A stretch of 64,000 bases of DNA from Fibrobacteria bacterium. GTDB taxonomy: Bacteria > Fibrobacterota > Fibrobacteria > UBA11236. The notes beneath the pieces were generated by a model that saw only the letters and a program-made list of their open reading frames with translations, ran no database searches and was not told the origin of the DNA. The stretch covers positions 1-64,000 of the forward strand of contig JAYTSD010000031.1 of NCBI GenBank assembly GCA_043745805.1, read 5' to 3'. Numbering within the stretch: position 1 is the stretch's first letter; the number at the start of each line of letters is the position of its first letter. Both the position numbers and the translations under genes were made by a program. Positions 1 through 8,705 of the stretch are shown piece by piece.

Positions 1-31
1 TTTGGCCATCGGTGAATCGTGATTTTTTCAT
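1..31 (-). CDS. IS3-family transposase OrfA, N-terminal part (partial)
   Basis: Hand translation gives MKKSRFTDGQ; not in the ORF track. Confidence 0.8.
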   Translation of the reverse strand, partial: MKKSRFTDGQ

Positions 32-99
32 AAGAACTTCCTTCATTCTATAAATGGAAATTCTACTTAATTTTTCGACCCTTTTATGGGGGGATTACA
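1..99 (-). mobile_element. Left end of an IS3-family (IS407-like) insertion sequence: terminal inverted repeat plus start of OrfA, continuing off the window
   Basis: The minus strand from 99 reads TGTAATCCCCCCATAAAAGGGTCGAAAAATTAAGTAGAATTT, with the 5'-TG terminus typical of IS3. An AAGGAAG RBS follows, then an ATG at 31 encoding MKKSRFTDGQ, the characteristic IS3/IS407 OrfA N-terminus. Confidence 0.85.
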
Positions 100-395
100 C
101 ATATATTCCATTTAAGTCAAACAGTCTTAGTTACGGAACACCTACATGGAAGAAAATTTATCACTCCTATCAATTGAATTTCGATGAGTATATGCAACAC
201 TATCACAAGAGAAGTAATGTGGAATCTACTATGTGGATGTTAAAGAGCAAGTTTGGACCGAGTATTAGATCCAAAAATCCGGTTTCATGTGAAAATGAGA
301 TACTGTGTAAGGTTTTATGTCATAACCTTTGTGTATTGACTGGATCGATATTTGAATTTGGGATATCGCCTTTGTTTCTTAAGGAGGCGGCTTAG
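100..395 (+). pseudogene. C-terminal remnant of a DDE (DDE_Tnp_1, IS4/IS5-like) transposase, interrupted by the IS3 element
   Basis: YIPFKSN...YHKRSNVESTMWMLKSKFG...RSK...NEILCKVLCHNL is the Y-x2-R-x3-E-x6-K signature. The 'N-terminus' of ORF 54-395 is only the IS3 end read antisense. Confidence 0.8.
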
Positions 396-404
396 TAACT
401 ATAT

Positions 405-917
405 TTGGAAGAGCGATTTAATTTTTTTGAGAGGGAGAGGTACATGGAACAAGATTTGGGTTTTGCATTTAGTCATCAATTTATAACTTCATTTCCGAAT
501 AAAATTGACTTTGATGATAAGCTAAATTTTAAATTCGTACAAAATAAAAAAGAACAATATCCTTTTCGTTATACTTTAAAAGACCATTTTGGTAATGTGG
601 TTGATGAAATAACAGATTTTAGCAATGTAGATCACAGTAAATTTCCGCCTCGTTGCAGTGGGTCATTGTATTTAAGAAAACAAAAACTTCCAGGCGAACA
701 ACTGGAAATTGAGCAACCATCGTCGTTTATTGTAAAACATTTGCTCTTTCCAAACTCTAATCTATTTGAAATGGTTATAAATCCCCTTGGAAATCAAGTA
801 AGAGTCAATTCCGACTTACCATTTTTAAAACATTTCATTAGTATAATAAATGGGATCTTTATTGTTGAAGCTCACGTTCCGGTAGAATCGGTAGGATTTC
901 TTCACCCAATTGCATAA
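405..917 (+). CDS. Hypothetical protein (AT-rich orphan; alternative ATG at 443-446 region)
   Basis: 170-aa ORF with no recognised motif. Confidence 0.55.
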   Translation: MEERFNFFERERYMEQDLGFAFSHQFITSFPNKIDFDDKLNFKFVQNKKEQYPFRYTLKDHFGNVVDEITDFSNVDHSKFPPRCSGSLYLRKQKLPGEQLEIEQPSSFIVKHLLFPNSNLFEMVINPLGNQVRVNSDLPFLKHFISIINGIFIVEAHVPVESVGFLHPIA

Positions 918-1192
918 CGAACATTTTCTTCCTTGATAGTGATTGTAGGTATATCTTCAAACGATTTTATCTTTCTTAATACACTATCGGGAAGATTGTT
1001 TTCTTTATATGCGACTAGGAATTTGCTCAAAATGTCTTTGTCATTAAATGGATTTGGTCGAGTATTCCAATCATTTTTTTTTCTGTGCAACCAACATAGC
1101 TTGTTTTCAACACTCAAATAGAGGATGTTTGCTTCTATTAAAAGACTTTCCCAATCAACTTCTTCATTTGTTTTTTCGGTTTCACTTTTCAT
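902..1192 (-). CDS. Hypothetical protein
   Basis: 96-aa ORF with plausible composition, convergent with the previous ORF. Confidence 0.5.
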   Translation of the reverse strand: MKSETEKTNEEVDWESLLIEANILYLSVENKLCWLHRKKNDWNTRPNPFNDKDILSKFLVAYKENNLPDSVLRKIKSFEDIPTITIKEENVRYAIG

Positions 1193-1449
1193 ATAAATAC
1201 TCTATTTGTTCAGAAGTATTTATTGAATCCGCTAAAAAGAAAATTGAAATTAGAATCGGACAAAAACTCAAAAAACTAAAGACACCTATAAAGTAAATTT
1301 TGTGCTTATAAAGTTTTTTAAAAAAGAAAAATTTAAGAGATTAGGGGCAAGGCCAGTAAAATTTTTGTTTATTTAGTTTTTAATGGCGTCCAAATTTGGT
1401 TTTCCACGATAGATTATTTATCTAGTAGCTAAACAATCAATCAGGGAAT

Positions 1450-1929
1450 ATGCTAGGCCGAAATAAATACATAAATCTTGAGTCGTCTCGGTTTAGAGTC
1501 GGAAAGATTTTTTCTTATAAAGTTATTGCCCTTTCCTCATTCTTGTATTTAGCTTGCTCCATTAATCCAATATCCGAACGTGTGGGATATGATCGTGATG
1601 CAGGGCAATTCACCGAAAAGGGAATGCTGCGTGATGCGGGATACGAAGAGAAAGGGGCTATTTCTCACTACAATAATTCCTTTCAGGGTCGACGTACCGC
1701 CAATGGTGAAACCTATGATAAAATGGCCTTAACGGCCGCTCATCGCAATCTCCCTTTTAATACTCGTATTAAGGTTGTGAATTTGAGTAATGGGAAATCA
1801 GTGATTGTAAAAATCAATGATAGGGGACCTTATTCGGGTAGGCGTATACTAGATGTTTCGGAGGCAGCAGCGCGACAGTTGGGATTATTGCAACAAGGTA
1901 TTGCTCAGGCAAAAATATCAGTTTTATAG
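1450..1929 (+). CDS. rlpA: Septal ring lytic transglycosylase RlpA family lipoprotein (DPBB domain)
   Basis: TANGETYD..LTAAHRNLPF...INDRGPY..RILDVS motifs; lipobox-like YLAC. Confidence 0.9.
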   Translation: MLGRNKYINLESSRFRVGKIFSYKVIALSSFLYLACSINPISERVGYDRDAGQFTEKGMLRDAGYEEKGAISHYNNSFQGRRTANGETYDKMALTAAHRNLPFNTRIKVVNLSNGKSVIVKINDRGPYSGRRILDVSEAAARQLGLLQQGIAQAKISVL

Positions 1930-1933
1930 ACTT

Positions 1934-3076
1934 TTAAATGCGCTTTCCCGTAGTTTGACCTTTCCAAGTAAATTGACCGAACGATCCGGCTATTACCGCC
2001 GCAATAATTAATGGAATATGCAGCAAGGCCGCGGGCCAAAAATATTGTAAAAGTTTTTGCTGTTGAAATATGCGTAAACCATAATGCAAAATCACACGAT
2101 CACATAAAGTTTTAACTAACCAAGCTAAAGCCCCAATTAAAAACAACTTAGGAATAAATAATCCTAGGCATAATAGAGTAATTATGAATACATAAAATCC
2201 AAATATGACTGATAAAAAAAGCACTTGCTTCGGCGCATAAAGGCTGCATTTACTGGCCCATCTTTTCCGTTGTTCCCAAAATTGCAACCAATCTAAAGGA
2301 GGTTCGGTTTGAACTTGGCTTTCCGGTAGAATGGAAAAGCGAATTTTCCATTCCTTAAGTTGATCCACCGCTTGTAGTAAAAAATCATCATCTCCACTTA
2401 CAATTTGCCGATTCATCTCAAACCCTTTGGCTTGAACATATGTTTTTTTTCGGTAGGCGATATTATTGGCATTTGCCAATACTGGAAATTTTAATCCAAT
2501 TAATCCGCTGGAAACTACGGAGTATGAAATGAATTCCAGAGCATGAATACCCCAGCTACGTGATTTCCCTTCAAGAGGGGGATAATAATGCGTTAAACCT
2601 ACCACCATACCCGTATCAGCGGCAAATTCTGAAACCATGCTGCTTACCCAGCTTTTCCCCATTAAGCAATCTGCATCCGTGGTTAAAATAATTTCGCCGG
2701 TGGCTTGTAATAGGCCTTTGCTCAGGGCATTCTTTTTGGGACTAATACCTTTAGCTTTTTCTGTTATATCCACTATAACTAGATTGTTTAATATGGACTT
2801 GTATTCATTCATTACACTGTTGGTTTGGTCTTCAGAACGATCATTAATCACAATAATTTGTAATTTCTCCTTTGGATAATTCTGTAAAGCCAGCCCATCG
2901 AGGCAAGCACTAATGCGAAATTCTTCATTGCGTGCTGCAATCAATACCGTTACCGAGGGGAGAGGTTCCTGATTTGGGATATGAGTTAAATTATGTAAGC
3001 CTTGGATTAAACGTAGACTTACAAGCAAATAGCCTAAGCATAAAAGTAGGAGGCAGAGAATGAGTAAAAACAGCAA
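1934..3076 (-). CDS. Membrane-bound glycosyltransferase family 2
   Basis: IAARNEE, DRSED, TDAD, GDD and QRKRW motifs; N- and C-terminal TM helices. Confidence 0.9.
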   Translation of the reverse strand: MLFLLILCLLLLCLGYLLVSLRLIQGLHNLTHIPNQEPLPSVTVLIAARNEEFRISACLDGLALQNYPKEKLQIIVINDRSEDQTNSVMNEYKSILNNLVIVDITEKAKGISPKKNALSKGLLQATGEIILTTDADCLMGKSWVSSMVSEFAADTGMVVGLTHYYPPLEGKSRSWGIHALEFISYSVVSSGLIGLKFPVLANANNIAYRKKTYVQAKGFEMNRQIVSGDDDFLLQAVDQLKEWKIRFSILPESQVQTEPPLDWLQFWEQRKRWASKCSLYAPKQVLFLSVIFGFYVFIITLLCLGLFIPKLFLIGALAWLVKTLCDRVILHYGLRIFQQQKLLQYFWPAALLHIPLIIAAVIAGSFGQFTWKGQTTGKRI

Positions 3077-3120
3077 AAGCTCTCTTTTTTAGAATTATAA
3101 GTAATAATCTAGGTTTTTAT

Positions 3121-3149
3121 TTGACGGATTTATGTACAACTGCTAAATT
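3121..3149 (+). promoter_or_regulatory. Sigma70-type promoter of the yceD-rpmF-plsX-fab operon
   Basis: TTGACG (3121-3126), 17 nt, TAAATT (3144-3149), with extended -10 TG at 3141-3142. Confidence 0.65.
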
Positions 3150-3160
3150 TCCTCCCCGTT

Positions 3161-3730
3161 TTGATACTTTCTCTTAGTCTTATAGATAATCAGTCCAAAG
3201 AACTAAATTTAATTAGTCCTATTAAAGAATTGCCTGAGCTACAAAAACTCGGGTGCGAAGGTCCGGTAACCGCAAAGATTTCGGTTCACGTGGTCTCTTC
3301 GGTAATTTGGCTAGATGTAAAAGTTCAGGGCACAATCAGTTTAGATTGTGGACGATGTCTAGAAAAATTAACCGGTGCATTTAGAGTTGCACTCAAGGTC
3401 TCCCTAGAAAAGAAGACCACAGTTGGACTAGAATGGATCGAAGGAGATGGACAATCGGTAGATGAATATGGCGCCAAAATGGGGCCGGATGTCACCGAAG
3501 TTCCACTCGAACATTTAATTGTTGAACAAATTTTGTTGAATTATAATCCTTACCCTTTGCCCACGATAGGTGAAGACAGTAAATGTATACAATGTAGTAG
3601 GGTGTTTTTGCCTCCTGCGGCTTCGGCTTCGGATAAGAAAATGGACCCCCGTTGGGAAAAATTGATGTCGCTTAAAAAGCATGCAGACAATGATAAATCC
3701 AACGGAAATAATAAGAAAACTGATAAATAA
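3161..3730 (+). CDS. yceD: YceD/DUF177 family protein
   Basis: CGRCL and CxxC motifs, C-terminal DPRWEKL, located directly upstream of rpmF. Confidence 0.85.
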   Translation: MILSLSLIDNQSKELNLISPIKELPELQKLGCEGPVTAKISVHVVSSVIWLDVKVQGTISLDCGRCLEKLTGAFRVALKVSLEKKTTVGLEWIEGDGQSVDEYGAKMGPDVTEVPLEHLIVEQILLNYNPYPLPTIGEDSKCIQCSRVFLPPAASASDKKMDPRWEKLMSLKKHADNDKSNGNNKKTDK

Positions 3731-3748
3731 ACAAGCCGGGAGATAACA

Positions 3749-3928
3749 ATGGCAGTACCTAAAAGAAAAACTTCGACAGCGCGTCGTGATAAAAGACGCA
3801 CCCATTGGAAGCTTACTGTGCCTACCGTAACCAAATGTTCACATTGTGGTCAATCCAAGATTGCTCATAAAGTATGCGACAACTGTGGTTACTATGCTGG
3901 CGCAGAAGTTCGCCAACCCGCTGAATAA
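3749..3928 (+). CDS. rpmF: 50S ribosomal protein L32 (Zn-ribbon form, 59 aa); missed by the ORF track
   Basis: Hand translation: [67 protein letters not shown]. Confidence 0.97.
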   Translation: MAVPKRKTSTARRDKRRTHWKLTVPTVTKCSHCGQSKIAHKVCDNCGYYAGAEVRQPAE

Positions 3929-3939
3929 GGGATAGGTAG

Positions 3940-4902
3940 ATGATAAACATTGCCCTCGACGCCATGGGGGGGGACAATGCACCATCTGCTGAGGTAGAAG
4001 GTGCTATTCTGGCGGCGAAAGAAGCCGGCGGTCGTTATCGGATTATCCTCGCCGGGCATCAAGATATTATTCAAGATAAATTAAATTCATTTGGATACAG
4101 TGGTGACGGGTTGGAAATTTTCCATGCTCCTGAAACTGTTGCTATGGACGAAACGCCAACTAGTGTTTTGAAAAATAAACAAAACTCTGGCTTGGTTTCC
4201 TGCGTTTCATTACAAAAAATGGGTAAGGCTGACGCTAGCATTAGTGCTGGAAATTCTGGCGCGATGATGGCAGCTTGCCTCATGTTATTGGGTCGTGTGG
4301 GTACTATTTTACGTCCCGCTATTGCTTGTGAAATCCCTTCGGCAGGTCATAAAATAGTATTGCTCGACTGTGGTGCAAATGTGGATGAAAAGGCGCAAAC
4401 CTTGGTTCATTTTGCCATATGTGGCAGCATGTATGCCGAAAATATGCTTGATGTAGAAAATCCCAAAGTGGGTTTACTCAATATGGGCGAAGAAGAAAAA
4501 AAAGGCCCCGAAGTTTTACAGGAAGCGCATCAGCTTTTAAAACAATCACCCATAAATTTTATTGGAAATGTCGAAGGCCGAGATATTCTCAAAGGTCTTG
4601 TTGACGTGGTGGTTACCCCAGGTTATGCGGGAAATGTAGTATTAAAGCTTTTAGAAGGGTTTTTTGAATATCACACCAAGCAATTTGGAATTATCGATAC
4701 TCCTGCAGGACATGCTTTTCATCGGGATTGGGATTATGCCAATATCGGTGGCGCTTTATTACTCGGCCTAAATGGAACAGGAATTATTGCCCATGGACGT
4801 GCGGATGCCAAAGCCATTAAAAATGGTTTAGAAAATGCCTATAAGTTTGCCTCGCATAAAGTGTCCGAAAAAATTGCCGCTAAGTTAAGCCAGGTGGCCT
4901 AA
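3940..4902 (+). CDS. plsX: Phosphate acyltransferase PlsX
   Basis: IALDAMGGDNAP, SAGNSGA, LDCGAN, GLLNMGEEEKKG. Confidence 0.96.
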   Translation: MINIALDAMGGDNAPSAEVEGAILAAKEAGGRYRIILAGHQDIIQDKLNSFGYSGDGLEIFHAPETVAMDETPTSVLKNKQNSGLVSCVSLQKMGKADASISAGNSGAMMAACLMLLGRVGTILRPAIACEIPSAGHKIVLLDCGANVDEKAQTLVHFAICGSMYAENMLDVENPKVGLLNMGEEEKKGPEVLQEAHQLLKQSPINFIGNVEGRDILKGLVDVVVTPGYAGNVVLKLLEGFFEYHTKQFGIIDTPAGHAFHRDWDYANIGGALLLGLNGTGIIAHGRADAKAIKNGLENAYKFASHKVSEKIAAKLSQVA

Positions 4903-5870
4903 TGGGTGCGGTTATCCGCGGCATCGGGGCTTATGTCCCCGAAAACATTTTAACTAATGCTGATTTAGAAAAACTTGTCGATACTACCGATGAATGGATA
5001 GTAACACGCACAGGTATTAGAGAACGCCATATTTTACCTAAAGATTCCTTGCTTTTGGCCTCCGACTTAGGCGCCAAAGCCGCTTTGGAAGCCATTGCCA
5101 AAGCGGGTTTAACTCCTCTAGATATTGATGGCATTATTGTGGGGAATATTACTCCCGACAAACAATTTCCAGCTACCGCTTGTTTTATTCAGCATAAAAT
5201 CGGGGCTAAAAATGCTTTCGCCTTTGATTTGACCGCTGCCTGCGCCGGTTTTGTTTTTGGAATGAATATGGCCTCCGCTTTAATTGATAAAGGTCAGTGC
5301 AAACATATTTTAATTATTGGGGCCGAAGTTCTTTCCCGCGTAGTGGACTGGACGGATCGCAATACCTGTATTTTATTTGGGGATGCCGCTGCCGCTGTTG
5401 TATTAAGTGCACATGAGGATAAAAATCGAGGAGTAATTTTATCCTCCTTAAAAAGCGATGGCTCACAATCCGAAGTTTTATACTTAGCCTCCTTACAAGG
5501 AAATACAGAAAATAAACTGATGCCAACTATGCATATGGATGGCAAACAAGTTTTCAAATTAGCAGTAAGCGAAGTTTCGGATATAGTAATTAAGACTTTA
5601 AATCAAGCCGGCTATAAACCAGCCGACTTGGACTTTTTATTTTTGCATCAGGCGAATGTGCGTATACTAAATGCCATTGCCGATAAACTTGGCTTGCCCC
5701 CGGAAAAGAACTTCATTAATGTGCATAAATATGGAAACACTTCCTCTGCGTCGATTCCGTTGGCTTTATACGAAGCTGAAACACTAGGAAAATTAAAACC
5801 AGGAATGTTAGTCGCCTTGGCAGCCGTGGGTGGTGGAATGTCATGGGGCTGTAATTTAATGCGTTGGTAA
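4902..5870 (+). CDS. fabH: Beta-ketoacyl-ACP synthase III
   Basis: AACAGF, HQAN, GNTSSAS (Cys-His-Asn triad). Confidence 0.97.
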   Translation: MGAVIRGIGAYVPENILTNADLEKLVDTTDEWIVTRTGIRERHILPKDSLLLASDLGAKAALEAIAKAGLTPLDIDGIIVGNITPDKQFPATACFIQHKIGAKNAFAFDLTAACAGFVFGMNMASALIDKGQCKHILIIGAEVLSRVVDWTDRNTCILFGDAAAAVVLSAHEDKNRGVILSSLKSDGSQSEVLYLASLQGNTENKLMPTMHMDGKQVFKLAVSEVSDIVIKTLNQAGYKPADLDFLFLHQANVRILNAIADKLGLPPEKNFINVHKYGNTSSASIPLALYEAETLGKLKPGMLVALAAVGGGMSWGCNLMRW

Positions 5871-5904
5871 CAATACGAAGCGAATAAAAGCGAGTAAAAA
5901 AAAT

Positions 5905-6819
5905 ATGGCAAAAAGAATTTTGCTTTTCCCTGGACAGGGATCACAATACATAGGCATGGGCAAGGCTTTGACGGAAGGCTTCGCACCGGCACGAGAACTT
6001 TTACAAATTGCCAATAAAGTTTTGGGATTTGATTTAGAAAAAATTTTATTCAATGGTCCTGAAGAAGAGTTGAAAAAAACCCATATTACTCAGCCTGCTA
6101 TTTTCGTGATTTCTATGATGGCATATCAATGGTTGAAGGAAAAAAAAGTTCCTTTTGATTTTGTAGCGGGCCATTCCTTGGGAGAATATTCTGCTTTATG
6201 CGCCGCCGGTGCTTTTAGCTTTGAACAAGGCTTAGCCTTAGTAAAATTGCGTGGTGAGCTCATGTCACAAGCCGGGGAAAAAATGCCTGGGGCAATGGCA
6301 GCCATCTTAGGATTAGAAGAACCGGTATTGCGTGAAATTTTAGTGAAGTCACAAAGTGCCGGTATTGTGGTCGCGGCAAACTTTAATAGTCCCAGTCAAA
6401 TTGTAATTTCCGGTACCCAATCGGGCGTGCAAGAAGCAATGCGTTTAGCCGAATTAGGTGGTGCGAAAAAGGTAGTTCCACTAGCCGTTAGCGGCGCTTT
6501 TCATTCTCCATTAATGGAATATGCCGTTGCTGGTTTAGCCGAAGGTCTAAAAAAAATCACTTTCCATGAACCACTAGTTCCACTTATTACTAATGTGGAC
6601 GCAACACCTTGTCAAGATGCCGAGCGACTTAAAGCCTTATTGTTACGGCAAATGACTTCGCCGGTTCGCTGGGTGGAAAGCATACAAAAAGCTATTCAAT
6701 TAGAATGTACCGATAGCTTTGAAATCGGTCCAGGAAAGGTACTAATGGGCTTGGTACGTGGTATCAGCCGCGAGCTGAAAGTTACCCCCCTGGAAGCTCC
6801 AGTTGATTTGGTGTTTTAA
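5905..6819 (+). CDS. fabD: Malonyl-CoA:ACP transacylase
   Basis: FPGQGSQ, GHSLGEY, SGAFHS. Confidence 0.97.
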   Translation: MAKRILLFPGQGSQYIGMGKALTEGFAPARELLQIANKVLGFDLEKILFNGPEEELKKTHITQPAIFVISMMAYQWLKEKKVPFDFVAGHSLGEYSALCAAGAFSFEQGLALVKLRGELMSQAGEKMPGAMAAILGLEEPVLREILVKSQSAGIVVAANFNSPSQIVISGTQSGVQEAMRLAELGGAKKVVPLAVSGAFHSPLMEYAVAGLAEGLKKITFHEPLVPLITNVDATPCQDAERLKALLLRQMTSPVRWVESIQKAIQLECTDSFEIGPGKVLMGLVRGISRELKVTPLEAPVDLVF

Positions 6820-6831
6820 AGAAGGTTTGCG

Positions 6832-7578
6832 ATGAAAGATTTACAAGGTCAAACAGCTATTGTTACAGGTGCAAGTCGCGGTTTAGGTTTTGCCATTGCG
6901 AAGCGCTTGGCTATGGCTGGAGCCAGCATACATATGATGGCTCGTAATGCTGAAGCTATTGAAATGGCTGCGCAAAAGATTCATGCCGAAACGGGAGCGG
7001 TGACCAAGGCTTGGGCATTAGATATTAGTCATGGCGAAAGCGTGCAAAAAACTTTTGAAGAAATCATTAAAAATGCGCCAAGTGTGGAGATACTCGTGAA
7101 TAATGCAGGTATCACGCGTGATACCTTATTGTTACGAATGAAGGAACGTGATTTCGACGAAGTGGTGCAAATCAATTTAAAATCTGTTTTTTTATGTTCT
7201 AAAGCCGTTATGCGTCCAATGCTTAAACAAAAATATGGACGCATTATTAATTTATCTTCCATTGTTGGCGTACATGGTCAAGCGGGCCAAGCTAATTATG
7301 CCGCTTCCAAAGCTGGGATAATTGGATTCACCAAAAGTTACGCAAAGGAAGTGGCTTCACGGGGAATTACTTGTAATGCCATCGCTCCCGGTTTTATTGA
7401 TTCGGATATGACTCAAGTCTTAACGGAAGAACAGAAATCAGGAATACTACAAAGCATACCGATGGGCAGAATGGGAAGTGCCGAAGAAATTGCTGCATTA
7501 ACCGAGTTTTTAGCTTCTCGTGAAGCAGCGTATATCACTGGACAAGTTTTGTCTATTGATGGCGGAATGGGAATTTAA
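6832..7578 (+). CDS. fabG: 3-oxoacyl-ACP reductase
   Basis: TGASRGLG, NNAGITRD, YAASK. Confidence 0.96.
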   Translation: MKDLQGQTAIVTGASRGLGFAIAKRLAMAGASIHMMARNAEAIEMAAQKIHAETGAVTKAWALDISHGESVQKTFEEIIKNAPSVEILVNNAGITRDTLLLRMKERDFDEVVQINLKSVFLCSKAVMRPMLKQKYGRIINLSSIVGVHGQAGQANYAASKAGIIGFTKSYAKEVASRGITCNAIAPGFIDSDMTQVLTEEQKSGILQSIPMGRMGSAEEIAALTEFLASREAAYITGQVLSIDGGMGI

Positions 7579-7589
7579 GAGATATTGCT

Positions 7590-7633
7590 TTTTGTGGAAA
7601 AAATCCTAAAAATGCGGATTTTTTTCGGCAAAA
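7590..7633. promoter_or_regulatory. Long imperfect inverted repeat (hairpin) between fabG and acpP
   Basis: TTTTGTGGAAAAAATCC-N9-GGATTTTTTTCGGCAAAA, about 17 bp including G-U pairs and one bulge. Confidence 0.45.
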
Positions 7634-7681
7634 TTCAAAGATAAGAACGTATATTTACACCCCTAAGACAAGGAGAACTGA

Positions 7682-7921
7682 ATGTCTGCAGAAGATATTA
7701 ACGCAAAAATTACTAAAGTCATCGTCGAGAAATTAGGCGTCACCGAAGATCAAGTTAAGCCAGATGCCGCTTTTGTGGATGATTTGGGAGCTGATTCATT
7801 AGATCAAGTTGAATTGGTTATGGCATTAGAAGATGAATTCGATATCGAAATCCCTGATGACGAAGCTGAAAAATTAAAAAAAGTTAGCGATATTATCGCT
7901 TACGTGAATTCCAAAACCTAA
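7682..7921 (+). CDS. acpP: Acyl carrier protein
   Basis: [28 protein letters not shown]. Confidence 0.98.
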   Translation: MSAEDINAKITKVIVEKLGVTEDQVKPDAAFVDDLGADSLDQVELVMALEDEFDIEIPDDEAEKLKKVSDIIAYVNSKT

Positions 7922-7937
7922 ACTCTCGGGAGAGCGT

Positions 7938-8705
7938 GTGCTACGCTTTCCAGCTATGTTTTCTCGCTTTTTTAAAAAGCTATTTCGTCGCGAGAAGCTT
8001 AAAGCTTCTCGGGCGGAATTAGAAAAAATCCTCTCCTATCATTTTATTAATGGCTCGCTTTTCGATTTAGCTTTGGCACATCGTTCTTACGTGAACAGCC
8101 AAAAAAATGTTCGTTTAGAAAGTAATGAGCGCCTAGAATTTTTGGGTGATTCGGTACTGAATATCGTAATTACAGATTATCTCTATCATCAATACCCCGA
8201 AGATGAAGAGGGCGTTTTAGCCAAAATCAAGTCCTTAGTGGTGAGTGCAAAAGTTTTATCCCTATGCGCTGAAAATTGGAATTTGGGAAAGTTTATTATG
8301 CTCAGTCGCTCCGAAGAAAAAGCCGGAGGACGAAAAAGACCCAGCATATTAGCCGATGGTTATGAAGCCATATTAGGTGCAGTTTATTTAGATGGAGGGC
8401 TTGAAGCGGCGCGGGCGCTTATTCATAGCTCACTGATTGTAATTATGGACAGCGTGATCAAAGACCAAGATTTAGCGAATTATAAAAGCAAATTATTAGA
8501 GTTTGCACAAAGCCATCAATTGGGCGTTCCTCAATATGAGGTTTTAGAAGAAAGTGGACCAGAGCATTTAAAGAATTTTTCAATTGGCGTATTTATTCAA
8601 AATGAAGAATATGGGCGTGGGTTGGGAAATACTAAAAAAAATGCCGAACAAGCTGGCGCTAGGGAAGCACTAAAACGCTTAGAAAGTGGATACAACCCTT
8701 CGTGA
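7938..8705 (+). CDS. rnc: Ribonuclease III (alternative ATG at 7956)
   Basis: NERLEFLGDS, ADGYEAILGA, C-terminal dsRBD (GPEH..F, KKNAEQAGA). Confidence 0.96.
   Translation: MLRFPAMFSRFFKKLFRREKLKASRAELEKILSYHFINGSLFDLALAHRSYVNSQKNVRLESNERLEFLGDSVLNIVITDYLYHQYPEDEEGVLAKIKSLVVSAKVLSLCAENWNLGKFIMLSRSEEKAGGRKRPSILADGYEAILGAVYLDGGLEAARALIHSSLIVIMDSVIKDQDLANYKSKLLEFAQSHQLGVPQYEVLEESGPEHLKNFSIGVFIQNEEYGRGLGNTKKNAEQAGAREALKRLESGYNPS

Noticed and set aside
54-99. N-terminus of ORF 54-395 as real coding sequence
   Set aside because: It is the antisense of the IS3 left end and is only fortuitously in frame
1193-1449. tRNA, att site or CRISPR array at the island boundary; ORF 1048-1296
   Set aside because: Only A-rich low-complexity sequence, with no cloverleaf or regular repeats; the ORF overlaps another and looks spurious
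3515-4074. Minus-strand ORFs 3515-3805, 3550-3834 and 3892-4074
   Set aside because: Antisense shadows of yceD, rpmF and plsX
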